64,000 bases of DNA, from contig NC_047023.1 of the NCBI RefSeq assembly GCF_902652985.1, positions 13,454,001 to 13,518,000 on the forward strand, given 5' to 3'. Position numbers and translations under genes: made by a program. This document shows positions 26,565 through 41,500 of this stretch, one piece after another; the first letter of the stretch is position 1, and each line of letters opens with the position of its first letter. The notes under the pieces were generated by a model that was not told the origin of the DNA, searched no databases, and was given only the letters and a program-made list of their open reading frames with translations. Origin of the DNA: Pecten maximus. Taxonomy: Eukaryota.

Positions 26565-29500
26565 GTGAGTACAAAACCCAGGTGAAAATATTCTTTGAAT
26601 ATGTTTATTGATAATCAAATAAAGTTTTGATATTGAAAATATATAAAAGAGAAAAAGTTAACATAACGAATTTTTAATTATCATAGATAATTGCAATAAC
26701 CATCATACCAGCATGTAGTATTTCTTAAAACACCACGCTAATGATATGAATCCACTTCATTTCTTTTAAGCACCAATTTCAACATGTGGCTACTTTATTT
26801 CTTTACACTAGACGTATAAACGTGATATTCAGATCGCTCATATTACTATTAATGATGTTAAATGTTACTATTAATTTCTTTATTTCAGACGTATATAGGT
26901 GATATCCTAGTCGCTGTAAATCCGTGTAAACCTCTAAATCTTTTCGAGAAAACGGTAAGAAATATTCATTAAACAGGCGCCTACAATGTAAAAAATATTT
27001 TTGATGCATTATATATGTTAACATACACGGATCCCATTTATATTATTTATACTCCAATTCAGCTGTCCCTAATACTAGTGAAAACTATTAATAAACCACT
27101 ATTTATCCTCACCGTAATGCTCCTATCAAACTATACTGCTAGTAAACTGTTCCTGATACAAGTACAATACACACACCACATTTATCTTATATATATGCTT
27201 CTGATAGACTATCCTAATGTCAGGATTTGTCCTGGTCAACAAAACCATTGTCTATTTATTATACGGTGTATCATACTTTTGTTATACTGTACGTCACGTA
27301 AGGTTGTGTCCATGTCAATGACACCAGTACATTATATATACTCCTATAAAACGGCTCCGGATGTAAGTCTATTATACATAACACAGTCATATTATATATA
27401 CTCCTATAAGACTTCCCTAAATCAGGATGTGTCTGGATAAAACATACATTGTTTATTATATTATACTTTTATTAAACTGTACCTCATATAAGGCTGTGTC
27501 CTTATCAACAACACCAGATGCATTATATATACTCCTGTCAAACTGTCCATCATATCTTATCCTAATTCCTATTCAACCATTTATATGATATATAAGTCTA
27601 TACAGTCTATACATAATGTGTGATAAATGGACAAACTTATCTAAAGCTACGTGTTATGTTGTAATTAACAAACTATAGAGAGTTATGCGTGAAAAATGGT
27701 GTAGCTCATTTGGAGTTATGTGTGGTAAATGGCGGGTTTATTTAAAAGGTACGCGTTATAAATGGTCAGGTTTATCTAAAGCTACGTATAGTTAATGGTT
27801 TAGTTCATTTGGAACTATGCGTGATAAATGGTCTAGTTCTGTTGGAGTTATGTGTGATACATGCTCAAGGTATCATAGAATTAACTAAGTGTGATAAATG
27901 GATAGGTCTATTTTGAGTTTTATCTTATGAAAGGACAAGTGTATCTAAAGTTACGTATATTTAATGGTTTAGTTCATTTGGAACTATTCGTGATAAATGG
28001 TCTAGTTCTGTTGGAGTTATGTGTGATACATGCTCAATATATCATAGAATTAACTAAGTGTGATAAATAGTTTATCTAAAGTTACATGTGAAAAATGGTC
28101 ATTGACAAGTCTATATAGAGTTATGTGTGATAAATGGTCAAATCTATATAAAATGACATCTGGTAAATGGACAAGTATATTTAGAGTTGTGTGTGATAAA
28201 TGGACAAGTTTGTTTAAAGCTACATGTGATAAGTTGTCAAGTTAATTTAAATCTACCTGTGATAAATGGTCACGTTTGTTTTTAGTTATGTGTGATAAAT
28301 GGTCAAGTTATTATAGACTTAACATTGTGTGAAAAATCTATTTGGAGGTATGAGTGATAAATGGTAAAGTCTATGTAGGGCTATGTGTAATAAACGGACA
28401 AGTCTTTATAGAGTAAATTAAGTTTGATAAATGGACAAGTTTATCTAAAGTTATGTGCGTTAAATTGTCATTGACAAGTCGTTAGAGCGCTATGTGTAAT
28501 AAATGATCAAGGCTATCGAGAGATATGTGATAAACAGTCAAGCCTATGTAGAGTTATGTCTGATAAATGGCCAGGTCTATATAGAGTTATGTCTGATAAA
28601 TGGTCAGGTCTATATAGAGTTATGTCTGATAAATGGTCAGGTCTATATAGAGATATGACTGATGCATGGTCAGGTCTATATAGAGATATGACTGATAAAT
28701 GGTCAGGTCTATATAGAGTTATGTCTGATAAATGGCCAGGTCTATATAGAGATGTGACTGATACATAGTCAGGTCTATATAGAGATATGACTGATACATG
28801 GCCAGGTCTATATAGAGTTATGTCTGATAAATGGCTATGCCTATATAGAGTTATGTCTGATAAATGGCTATGCCTATATAGAGTTATGTCTGATAAATGA
28901 TCAGGTATATATATAGTTATGTCTGATAAATGGTCAGGTCTATTTAGAGTTATATTACGTTTGCCCAGATTTCCCCTTGTTCAAATTAGATAAGATATGG
29001 TTACGTGCATGGCTGTAGGTACCATAAGGACCCCTGTGTTTCTACATTAAGAACAACCATTGCATATAGACCACAAATGTCTAAATTTAGAACAGTCTTA
29101 CCATATGGACTCTATATGATTCTAAATTTAGAACAGACAGACTATATGGACTCCACATGATTCTTGATTTGGAACAATTTACAATATTGACGCTGCAGAC
29201 TAGCACACTATTTATTTTCATAGCAAATGCATCGATAACCCTATAACGGCAGAATTTGAGGATATAATTGTTTGAAATATTTTGTGATATTTCACTTAAG
29301 GCATTTTTATTTAATTTAATTGATTGGAAGCTTTTTGGACTTAAGAAAATATATACATGTGTTTATTATAAGGTATTTGGTAAGTTTTTCAATTTCATAA
29401 TAATACATATTGATATTAGGTAATTATGAAATACCTGATAAGTATGTACAAATGTAATATATATTCACAGTGATATAAGGGTCTTTGTTTCGCTCCAGTC

Positions 29501-32500
29501 AATATTGTCCTACCAGTTCTATTTAACACAGTATGGACCTGATAGAAGGTCCATAATTGATAATTGTGTTATTAATTGTCGTCTATATATTTATATCTGA
29601 TAAGTGATTAAGTTTATATAGTTACTATATAAAAAGATGAGTTTATAGAGACGAGAGTTTCACAAAATAACACCGAACCATTTTCACAATTATTTCGTAA
29701 ACTGTATGCTAACGGCAATATATGATATAACATGTAGTACTACCATTGATGCTGGGATATATCTGAACATTTTACAAGAATTTTATATGAACCAATTCAG
29801 GCAATAAATAACAATAAACATGCTCAAATACTCTTAAAAACGTACCAGTAGAAAGATGGCTAGATATCCATAGTTTTAACTATATGTAATATGTATTGCT
29901 GTAATATTTTAACTTCGCCATATTTCAGAACCATGAGGAGTATGAAAATCTGTTGGTCCGATCCGAGAAGCCCCCTCACCTGTTTTGGGTGGCTGACCAC
30001 GCGTACAGGGCTCTACTGGAAAATGGGAGAAACCAGTGTATCCTGGTTAGTGGGGAGTCTGGAGCAGGAAAGACAGAAAGTACAAAATATATGATACGAC
30101 ACCTCATGAGGATCAGCCCAAGTAAAGATAGACACTTGCTCGACAAAATTGTCCAGGTAAAACATTGTCTTGGCGTAAATAGCAATTGTCGGATAATCCT
30201 ACTAGACAGCTCACATTGAATGTCAGACTATGTTCTACCTTGAAAAATAATCAGACAAATTATTGAAATATTTTCATTTAATTCAAACATTTGTTTGTAC
30301 ATCTTCAAATGAGCTAATGAGGTGAATAATCAGCAAACAATCTCACTGGGAATAAACCAACAATCGAGTGTCCCTTAAATTTTATAATGAATTGGTGCGA
30401 TGGTGTTATTGGCTTAATTTGAATTTTTAGGAACTAGGCTTTATTTTTAAAAAAAAACTAAAACAAAAACAAACAAAAAACACACGAAAAAAAACCCCAA
30501 CAAAAACTAGAAAAAAAAATAGAAAAAAAAACCCAATAAAAAAAACAAAAACAAATGGCCAAATGGATTAAACTGCACCGTACGGCTGTTTTGTACTATT
30601 TTGTATGGCTCATTAGTGACGCTAAGGGCCCTAAGTATTAATACCTAAGAGGCGACAAAACTTTTAAATGAATGCACACTTAATATTCAAAATGCCCCTA
30701 TCTAAATGCTAGATAGCTCCTTTTATCTTAAAACTTAAATCAGATAAGGTTTGCAGCAGACCCAGAAACATCATTACGTGATAACATCTGACAAATTTAA
30801 TGCAATAAAACCGATCGGCTTTATGTTTTGAAATAATCCAGATAAATTTTACGTAAATTTCTTGAAAACAACAGCAATACGGACAGTATATTGCGTCTGA
30901 ACGGTTTGTGCGCTATGCCATTTGAAATACATAAGTGTAAATATAAATTATGCATGTTTTACTTAGTTGATTCATTTCACGTGCATCTGACACGTGGATG
31001 GATTTATGATTAAGGGATTCTTTCACTTTTGCTCTATCAAGCCTTCGTTAGCGTTTAATTGCTTCTATGCTTTAATTCGGCTTATACATATTGAACAGCA
31101 TAGCTTGTCAGTCATATAATTATATATATATATATATTGTATTCCTTTGGCTTTGATATATCGTTTGGTAACTGAGCGCGACGGCTTGCTATAATAAATT
31201 TTAGAATAATTAATATCAGTCTCATGTGAGTTTGAAATGAATCTATTTCTATAAGGTGATAAATATTGATAACATACAAACAAAAGGCTAAATGCGATAA
31301 AAAATGAAAAAAGTGGTCGATTTATTTATTTATTTATTTATTTTTAATGAATTTTATTTGAATGCCATCAATGTCATATGAAATAGGAGTAGGTACACGA
31401 TTTATTTTGACGATGGTGTTTAATTTCTATGCTAATGATAATAATAAGTTATATCAAAACATTCAAACCATAGTTTTCATTCTTGCCATAACACATTGGC
31501 GGTTAGATCCTCCATTTTTTCTATTATCAAACAATAATGAATCTTTGGTTTCTGTTAATTCAGTTAAGAAGAATCCGACACCATAGAAAATATCAATACA
31601 CTTATTTTTTAATAGCATCATTAACCCGTTTGTCATCTTATACAAAATGTGTTTAATTAAAATACCAGATAAACGGTTAGTTAATGAATAGTGATTTGGT
31701 AGTTAATTAATGAGATTTTTTATCTGGAGTACTCAGTAGATCTTAAAGCAAATTGTATTGTTCAAACCACTTTAAGAGGCCCTGTTGTATATAATTACCC
31801 TGGTTCTGGTTAACGTGTCCAACAATTAGATGTATCTTGTCTCATTATAGACACTCAACATGTTCCGCCGGCAGGCATACTATGTTATTTATGACTAGTT
31901 CCTTTTATATACTGTCACTGAAAACTGTAAACGCTTAAGAATTATTAAACCATTAATCCATTCTAGTTATTCTTCTTTATGACATCTCCCTATGGATTCA
32001 CTTGTGAGATAAACTATACATTGGTGTTTTAAATCAAATTAAGCATTAAACTGTGAGAACATGCTTTAAAGCATGGGACTAGTACATAGCGTATTCCATG
32101 TTTCAATATTTTGTATAATAATATGATTATGATATAGATAAAGGTAGTCTGTTTAACCCTAGCTTATTTTATACAACAATATTATTATGATATAGATACG
32201 GGTTATGTATTCAACCCTGATTCTATTATACTATGATATGATTATGATATGGATGGAGGAAATTTATTGAACTCTGATTTATTTTATATAATATATCAAC
32301 GAAACATGACAAAGAGATATAGGAGTTTATCAATTATTATATGAATAATACATTTTATTTGATGATAAGATTAACTCCATGAACCAACTCGGTTTATATT
32401 ACCTGTATATACGATATCAGCGTTAAGATACCACATTGTTGATAACATCACAGTGATATAATCGTATAATAATATATATTACATACATTAAGATAAATAA

Positions 32501-35500
32501 GATAGTTCCTAAACAATGAATTCTCTAAGATGGTCTCTGAAAGCAAATTTGCAGAAATGACAGTGGATCAACCAGATACATGATTAAGTATATCATCATT
32601 CTAAACGTACCAATATATTTCAATGCACTGTGTTATCCAATACACTGCTTATTGATATAAATGTATAGAAAATTTAATAAAAGCTGTTGTTTAGCATTAT
32701 CATCTGACCTAACTCAGGCAAGTGATCCATGGCCACGCACCATCAACTACGACCGATAGCCCCAGGGGCCTTGTCCCTATAATAACCTGTCCAGGAGGTG
32801 ACAGGCCATTCATTACCTGTGACGGACCTCCGTCAGTATACCTTTTTGTCTTTGACCTCTACCTGCTCTAATCGAAGTCATTATTACCTAGGACCGGACG
32901 GTCAATCAAGTCTGTCTCACTATATGGCACAACTGCGTTCATTCCTGCAAACATCATGTGTGTATGCAAAGTGTGCAAATTTTTATTGTACATTAATTAC
33001 CAGAGTGATAATTCATATACCGGTATGTACTGTGTATACACTGGCCGGAAGAGGACGGCTACCGTGTATATGATTATTATAAGGCTGATAAAGCAATAAA
33101 TATGTCTGCAGAAATTATATGAATATTGCACATTCGCGTATTTGTATAAACCGATAGGTCAAAACCTTTAAATTGACAGATGACAATACCTGTCAGGTCA
33201 TATTCGCAACATGCCATGTCCAACATCACAAGAATTTTTCAGCAGCGCTAATAAACTATTTGACTTATTATTAAGTGCTTGCAGGTAAAACTTACGTCTA
33301 ATATTTTGATAAAGTAATATAAGAGAAATATTCAATTTAATGAAATTCAGATAAAAATAAAATACTTCTTGAATTACAGGATTGTAACCACACAGCTGAA
33401 TAGGGCAACATAGTAAAATAGCACATCAATAAATGATAACGACAGAATACCATCAAATCCGCAAGAGCCAACGTCTATCATAATAAAATCATAGTAAAAC
33501 ACAATAATAAGTGGTACACAATTGAGTGAAATCAAAACTCTTATGCTCCTTTATATACATATATTGCATGTTATGTAAGACCTTATACACCCATTTTAAC
33601 TGACTGATCATTTTTCTAGGTTAATCCATTACTTGAAGCATTCGGCAATGCTGCCACTGTCATCAACGGAAATTCCAGTCGATTTGGAAAGTTCATAGAG
33701 CTCCACTATACAGAAGAAGGGTCATTACTTGGAGGTAAGAATCAAAAGTAAACTTTGATAAAAAGCTAGATAAAAAATTCATATATATATGCAACTTATG
33801 CATTATTATCTTAATTGAATCAGGAAGTAATAACAATGCCGGGGCCGCGGTGGCCAAGTGGTTAAGGTGTCGCGACACTTTATCACTGGTCATCATGCGA
33901 GTTCGAAAGCCATTTTAGGAGTTGCCTGATACTGACCGTAGGCCGGTGGTTTTTCTCCGGGTACTCCGGCTTTCCTCCACCTCCAAAACCTGGCATGTCC
34001 TTAAATGGCCATGGCTTTAAATAGGACAGTAAACTAAATAAACCAGAACCACTAACAATTCTAAAAAAGTTAAAATTACACTTACAAATGAAAAACGTTA
34101 TGACACAATTACACAATACATAGTAATACGTTAAATGTATAAGATGTACGATGATAAAACTACTTTAGAAAAGCATAAAACAATGTGACCTCTGTATAAG
34201 TAGTTACAGCCTTACTGTCCTGCCAAGGACACGTGATTTCTTGAGTAGGGCTTAACTTCTAATAGACCATAATGTTATATAGTCGTTAATCATAGCGATA
34301 TATCACTCTATGTCATCAAGTGCATTGTGTTGATATTATGTCATAGCTAAATGTCTGAATGTACATTAGTACTTAAACTTGATATGTATTTCCGCTATAT
34401 ACATCTACGATTTTCAAGTTATAAGACAGTGACTTTTGCTTTATTGTTACGACATTAAGAAGCTTGATGTATGTTAGCAGCTTTGTTAATCGTTTAATAT
34501 TACTGTATATCTCAGTTACAAAATTAATTATGAATTGATTGCAAGATTGAAATGCTGAGCCAAATTGGTGACAAATAACATTACGATGTTACCACGCCTT
34601 TTTTAATATGTCTGCAATTTTGTTGAAAGTATAGGATTGCAGTCACAAAATACCAGTGAAATCAAACCCAATGTAGCCTTCTGCAAGGGTGTTTTATAAT
34701 AAGATAGCCATGTCTTCCTTGCTACAAAAGGAAAGGTCAACTGTAATCATTATCATTCAACGTCAGGTCATTATTGATCAGGATGTCATTTAATACTTTA
34801 CGTGATTGTATCGTTAACGAGTGATTAAAAAACAAGGTATGAGGCCTCCTATCTAGTGATTAAGTCAGCATGTACATGAATAAATATACTTTGTTTTAAC
34901 CAACATCATTGAATAACAAGACACATCTTTTAAAGGAATAACACCAGGACTTTCATATTCGCTAAATCGACAAAATTCTAATACAGCTTGTCATATTGAT
35001 GTTATCAAACATGCTAATCTGAATTACACAAATCAAAATAACAATCATACACATACCATTCACATAATATATATAAAAAGAAATTAAAATACTTAATGAA
35101 TTCTACAAAAAAATATGCTCAGGGAAGGGAAAGTCAAATTTATCAAACACAAAAAGTATCCGATAAGGAAAATTTGGGTATTTAACAATCTGTTTAAGAT
35201 TAATACAGCACATATATTCTTTTGTTTCAGCAAAAATTGATGACTATATATTAGAGAAGTCCCGAGTAGTGTACCGGAACAAAGGCGAGAAGAATTTCCA
35301 TGTATTCTACTCTCTGTTTGCTGGTATGTCGCGGGATCGCCTCTTATACTACTTCCTGGAGGATCCTGACTGTCACAGGTAAATATGATTTCCATATTTA
35401 AATCAGTGCGTTTTGATAGTTCATACTACCATTGATGAAATTTAATCAATTCAGTGTCGTTCTTAAATTTCAAAAATATTTGAAACACATTAAATCCACT

Positions 35501-38500
35501 TCTTCAGAATCATGCGTGATGGCGACCCAACATGTGGGGTATTCCGGGACTCGGATGAGTTCCAAAACTACAAGATTATGTTTGGAGAACTGACAGTGAT
35601 TATGTCACACATAGGGTTTTCGGATGAGGTAGGTAATAATTGTAATCAACATCAACATCAATATGTATATGTAGTATATATACTGTACGAATAGACACAT
35701 TGACCATGTTCACCGTGGCAATTAATTTCCAAATTTCTTGAAAAACTTTTTAAGTTATAAACTTACCTTTAAACCTGAATTTGTCTCCTCTTCCTTTGCT
35801 CATGTAGCAATGGCATATATATTTTACAACTTATGACATATATTTTCTTTTTTCATCGGCATTTACGTTGTGCTGTGTCAAAACAGGCCATACGACCAAA
35901 TATGTTCTAGCTGGAACCGCGATGAATATTTAGGTATAAATTATGCCTGTTATATTTTCAGCATATATCAGTCATTTTCCTCGTTCTGGCTTCTGTGCTT
36001 CATTTGGCGAACATAGTATTCATGCCCTGTGAGGAAACAGACGGTGTGACTGTAGCGGACGAATACCCTCTCCATGCAGTTGCCAAACTTCTCGGCATAG
36101 AAGATGAAGTTGAGCTCACTGAAGCTCTTATCTCTAATGTCAACTTCATTAAAGGTGAGATATTATGGTTTTGGATTTAAACTAAAGCATATATTTCAAA
36201 AAATACAAACTTCATAATGATACATCATTGTTGTGTTTCAGCGTATTTCCCTTGCTAAGTTAGATATGAAAAATAATCGTTTAACGTCTAAAAAGATTTT
36301 CAAAATATACTTAACTGAATAGCACCTTTAGGTAGTAATCGACATATCATATAGATGTGCAATATTCAAAAATAAAACTTCATCAAAATGATAAAGAGAA
36401 ATATTCAACCAATTGTTTTGCCACAGGAGAACGAATTCAGTCTTGGAAAAACCTCCGAGAAGCAAACGACAGCCGAGACGCCCTGGTGAAAGACTTATAT
36501 TCCCGGTTGTTTGGATGGATTGTCGGCCAAGTGAACAGAAAACTATGGTTGCATAATGATAGCAAATCATCGCAGTAAGTATGACAAATAAGTGGAATAT
36601 ACAATTAAAGGCATGGTAGTTTCATATATCATTCTACAAATGTTCTTTAAGAAGAAGTCCTTTTTCTGGTGTTAATCAAATATTATATTTACAATCTGGA
36701 ATCGTACTTTAAAATTAAAATGGAACCATTTTTCAAAATATGTTAAAGTTGATATTTTGTTATTTTGCAGTCTCACAAGAGGACTTACAATCAGTCTATT
36801 GGACATGTCTGGGTTTGAAAACTTCAGTACTAACACCTTTGATCAGTTTCTCATCAATATTTCAAATGAAAAGCTACAGCAGTATTTTATGGACTACATT
36901 TTCCCGCGAGAACGCCGCGAATACGAGATCGAGGGCATTGAGTGGCGGGACATCGTATACCACTCAAATGACGATGTACTGGACCTTGTATTCAGGGTAG
37001 GCACAACTTCCGGTTTCTTTTTGGAATGTACCGATACATAAATGTGTTTTCACAGAACTAGTTTGATTAGTTTGGAAAATTTATCATAACAAGCTTTTCA
37101 CGTTTAGATTGATTTGGATGGTGACATAGTTCAGAATAAACGTGAATCAAACGTTCGTTTGAAATCCAATATTGAACATTTTGAAATTCATAGAATAATG
37201 GTCTTTTGCACCTCTCTATCCAGAAGGAAAAACAACTGATTGATTTAATTCAATTTGGTTCTATGATATTTAACTTTCAAGTTAAGTTTGCTTTTATGCA
37301 CAATCCTTTTGAGAAAAACAACTTGTACACTTGTTATGTATGATGGAATTAAAAGATGTATAATAACTTTACATAAGTTATTTGCTTTAGAATTATAAAG
37401 AACATGAAAACATGTCCCATGGGTTTTCATCTGAAGATGAATGTCTTACCAATTACAGAGACCAGATGGTGTTCTCTCCTTACTGGACGAAGAATCTATT
37501 TTCCCAAAATCCACCGACGTGACATTGGTACAGAAACTGAATCAGTATTGCAGAGATACACACAGATATGTGAAGTCAGTGGGAGAGCGGACAAGCTTCG
37601 GGATCCGACACTATGCCGAACAGGTACTCCTACCTTCATAATAGTAACATTTTACTAGTACTTGGCTCTGTATAGAGATAATAATTTGTCTGGAAATTCT
37701 GTTGAAAAGTGCCATGGCAGTGGTTGAACATTTGGTTCTTTACCACTACAGGTGATGTACGATGCCGAGGGCTTCCTGGAGAGGAACAGAGATAATTTAA
37801 GCATAGACCTTGTTTCCTGTCTCCTCAATAGCAACAACGACTTCATCAAGGACCTCTTTACTGCATCCATGTCCCCAACTGGCACCATATCAGAGTAAGC
37901 AGGCTGTTATTACATGTGTATAAGTCTCGTATGATAATATCTATAAACAATGTTATGGTAATTCAGACAATATCGTTTGAGCATATCTTTGTTATCCTTT
38001 AACGCGTTTTGCTATGTCTCATTTGAAATTTGATATTTCATTTGAAAACAACATGTTTCGAGACTGAAATTTTGCTTCAATCAGTAAAATATTTTCAGTC
38101 TCGAAAACCACATGCCATGATGATTAGACAAAATGTCAATTACGCGGAATATTAATGAAAAAAATATGAAGATATTTTTATACGATAAATGAATTCACGT
38201 GTAGTAATGAAGGAAACACTTGTTTGACTATTATGTGAGTATGACACAACATTAACACCAGGAAGACATCGAATCAACAGCCATGCCTCCCACAAGTGAC
38301 ATATGTTACCACTTTATCAGAACCCTAACATTAATCACAGATCATATATGTCCACCGTCACGTAATATCACGTGAAATATTAAAACATGGATGTGATTTC
38401 ACAATCCTTTAACATAACATAGAATATTTGTTTCTTTTGAATGACGATAGTATTCTTTTCGGAAAGGTTAATCGCTATCAATATACAGGGGGAAATGCAA

Positions 38501-41500
38501 CTTGTATAGTCTAACGGAAACATGTTAAATTCTTTCTGTTAAGTGTTTAAGTGGTAAATGCATATCTTATTTTCTCATTCTTGTACATGTTTGTGTAAGG
38601 AATCTAGCATATACACGTATCAAATTAATCGCGACGGTGTATGGTCGAATTAATTATGTTCCTTCTGCATTACTCACGGCTATCAACTTCAGTGATTTCA
38701 TTGTCTTACCGGCTGTAAGTTATGCCATATTTTAATTGACTATGTAGCTGATCTATGTGTAATAACGGAGTTGAAATCAGTACAAATTCCTACATCTTCA
38801 TATAAGTGTGTGTTATTTATTCATTTAAATTAATTATTTACAAATAAATCCGAATTCGTTTCCATGGACAATTTTAGTTGAGAGATGAAATTGTATGTTA
38901 ATTTAAACATGTGTATATGTCAAGATTTACTGATATTAATTTCACATCCGGTGTGAAAGCAACATATTTTGTCACGTAAACCAGACAGTAACTCATTCAT
39001 ACAACTTTGTATAATAAACTATTTTCGGTGATGTCCTATCTAAACAGAGATATGGCATTGACCGAATGATTTGCATTATAATATTCTCATTAATAGAAGT
39101 ATATACAACATTTGACATTCTCAGGATATTTCAAAATCATACCCGACTTAATATATTATTCTCTTATTTACCATATAAGGATATTTCATTCTAACGTAGT
39201 AGCCATTGAGTAACTACGGCGGTTTGTTCTGTAATGACTTATTCGATGAAGGCGTTACATGGGAACGCCTACCACACAAATGTCATACCAGGATGTTAAG
39301 AACAAAACGTTCTGTTCTGAAAATCCATCATTATATGGCATTAGTGTATAGTTTCCGTTTTTGTGGTTTATATGGAAGTGAAATCAATTTCTTTATATAT
39401 AAATTGGCTTTAGTACATGATGGATTAACTTCTGTGGTAATGATGGGGGTGGAACTGGTCTTGTAGGGTAATACTTTATTATCAAAAAAAATATCGTTGA
39501 TATTAATATCGAACAAAAGTGGCGATTTCTTCATTTTCTGTTTATTTCTGTCATAGTGTCCAAGTATCCTCCTATCAAATAGATTATTATTGAATGGTGT
39601 TATTTTTTTGTAGTTTTGCCAGTAAGTGTACATCTCGACCATGTCTACCTAGCGTGTGGCCGTCAGCGATAGAACCCGAAAGACTGCGCGAAAGTGTTTC
39701 ACGGCAGGCGTCTCTAAAGATCAGAAGAAGGTATGTATTGCATCAAATAACACCATTTATTCCATATCAAACGTTTCACGTGGATTATGGGCGTACTTAA
39801 CCTGCAAATCCCAAACACTCAGATTGATAATACGATCACTAAAAAGGCGTATTCATTTAACAAGGCCAACCAAACTCCCACTCTACAAAACATGTGGGAC
39901 ATGAACAGAAGATGCCCCGTAATGTGGGCGTACAATAACCTAATTGTTTCTTGACTCATTTCTACTATTCATGAAATCATGGCAACTTTGACCACACAAA
40001 TTTACATAATATCTATATTGTAAATGAGGCGTCATGTCAAAGCCAATATATATACATGCAATACCTTATAGAAGTTTGTGTACGCTGCCTCTAGTTGAAT
40101 TGTTTTCTCTCTTTAGTCGTGGATTATCCGGGGAAAGTGTTTCCAGTTCCCTTGCAGGCAAGACATCGCCAACAGTGACTCGTCACTTTAAGGTAGATAG
40201 TTATGACAATATCATCAAGAATGTATTCAATTTCTATATATTTTGCTGGATTGACGTGATAGCAAACAATTCCATCATCTTAATAATCCTCGAATTGTCT
40301 GCATGACTGAATTTGAGCTTTGTTGTTCATGGGGGTGAAGTATATCTAATATTTGTTTTTATTTGTTAAATCGGCTTCCAGTATTTCAAAATTCCGTATT
40401 TTCCTTTTTTTTTATTTACATCACTTTTAACTTACATGCTTATTCAAAGTATACATATGAGTTTAATTTATATGCAGAATATAGTATGTTGAGCTAAATT
40501 CTGTAGTGTTCACCACAGTGTCTTTAATCAATTTATTTCATTTCAGAGATCGCTCTCAGATCTCATGACAAAGCTTTCTCAAGCACAGCCTCTTTTTGTT
40601 CGGTAAGTTATTCTCTTGTCCATCATGATTGTTTGTTGGTCTTATCGATAAACAAATGCAAAATAACCATAGTCATACATGTTATAGAAATGCATTAATG
40701 TTAGCAATATATTCCGCTTGATTAACTAGCTGACATGTGGTTAGTAATAAACATAGTTGTTTCTGGTATCTCTCAAGTATCATTCAATTATTTGTATCCG
40801 CAGATACCCTATAGCATCACTTGTCCTAAAAACAATTGTATGCTAATCGGCATGTACTTATAAAAATCTTATGTCTACTGCTTGTAGGACATGTGTAATC
40901 AACCGGTAAAATTTTCTGTCTCGTTCAAAAATATTTGCATCTTGCACATTTTGATTCTGACCACAGGCAAATATTTGCTCATTCGCGCGTTAATTTTATT
41001 TTTTATTATCCTTATCGGATTTGCTGTTTGAATTTAAAATGTGATTAGCCTATGTCATTGAATAGCCTGTCGAAAAATAGCTACTGTCAGTGAAAATTCT
41101 TGTCATATGATATTCTTCATATCACCTGTGCACACGTGTTTGTGGTGAGGATAAACTTTTAATACCTGATTACGCAAACAAAACTTTTAATTAAGATTAA
41201 CTAATTACTGTAAATCACTTATTATTCTCATTAGATTTATTTCCACGTTAATAAGACAGAAGAATCCATTATTTGTACGAAATCAATACCAAAATATCGG
41301 ATATCGATGTAGAAGTCTTGCAGACTCCATGACTCTAATAGTTCTAATCATTCACGAATTGGAAGTCACTTCTGTATGAAGGTTTGAGAGATATGTCTGA
41401 AGACGTTAGTCCGCGTTATAAAGTAGTCGCGGAATTTAAGTGATTTACAGTATTGTCCAATACGGATATCAAACCTATTACATACAAGTATGTTAAGGAA

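Noticed and set aside
33841-33915. tRNA gene
   Set aside because: No complete cloverleaf; continues into a SINE core and tail with target-site duplication.
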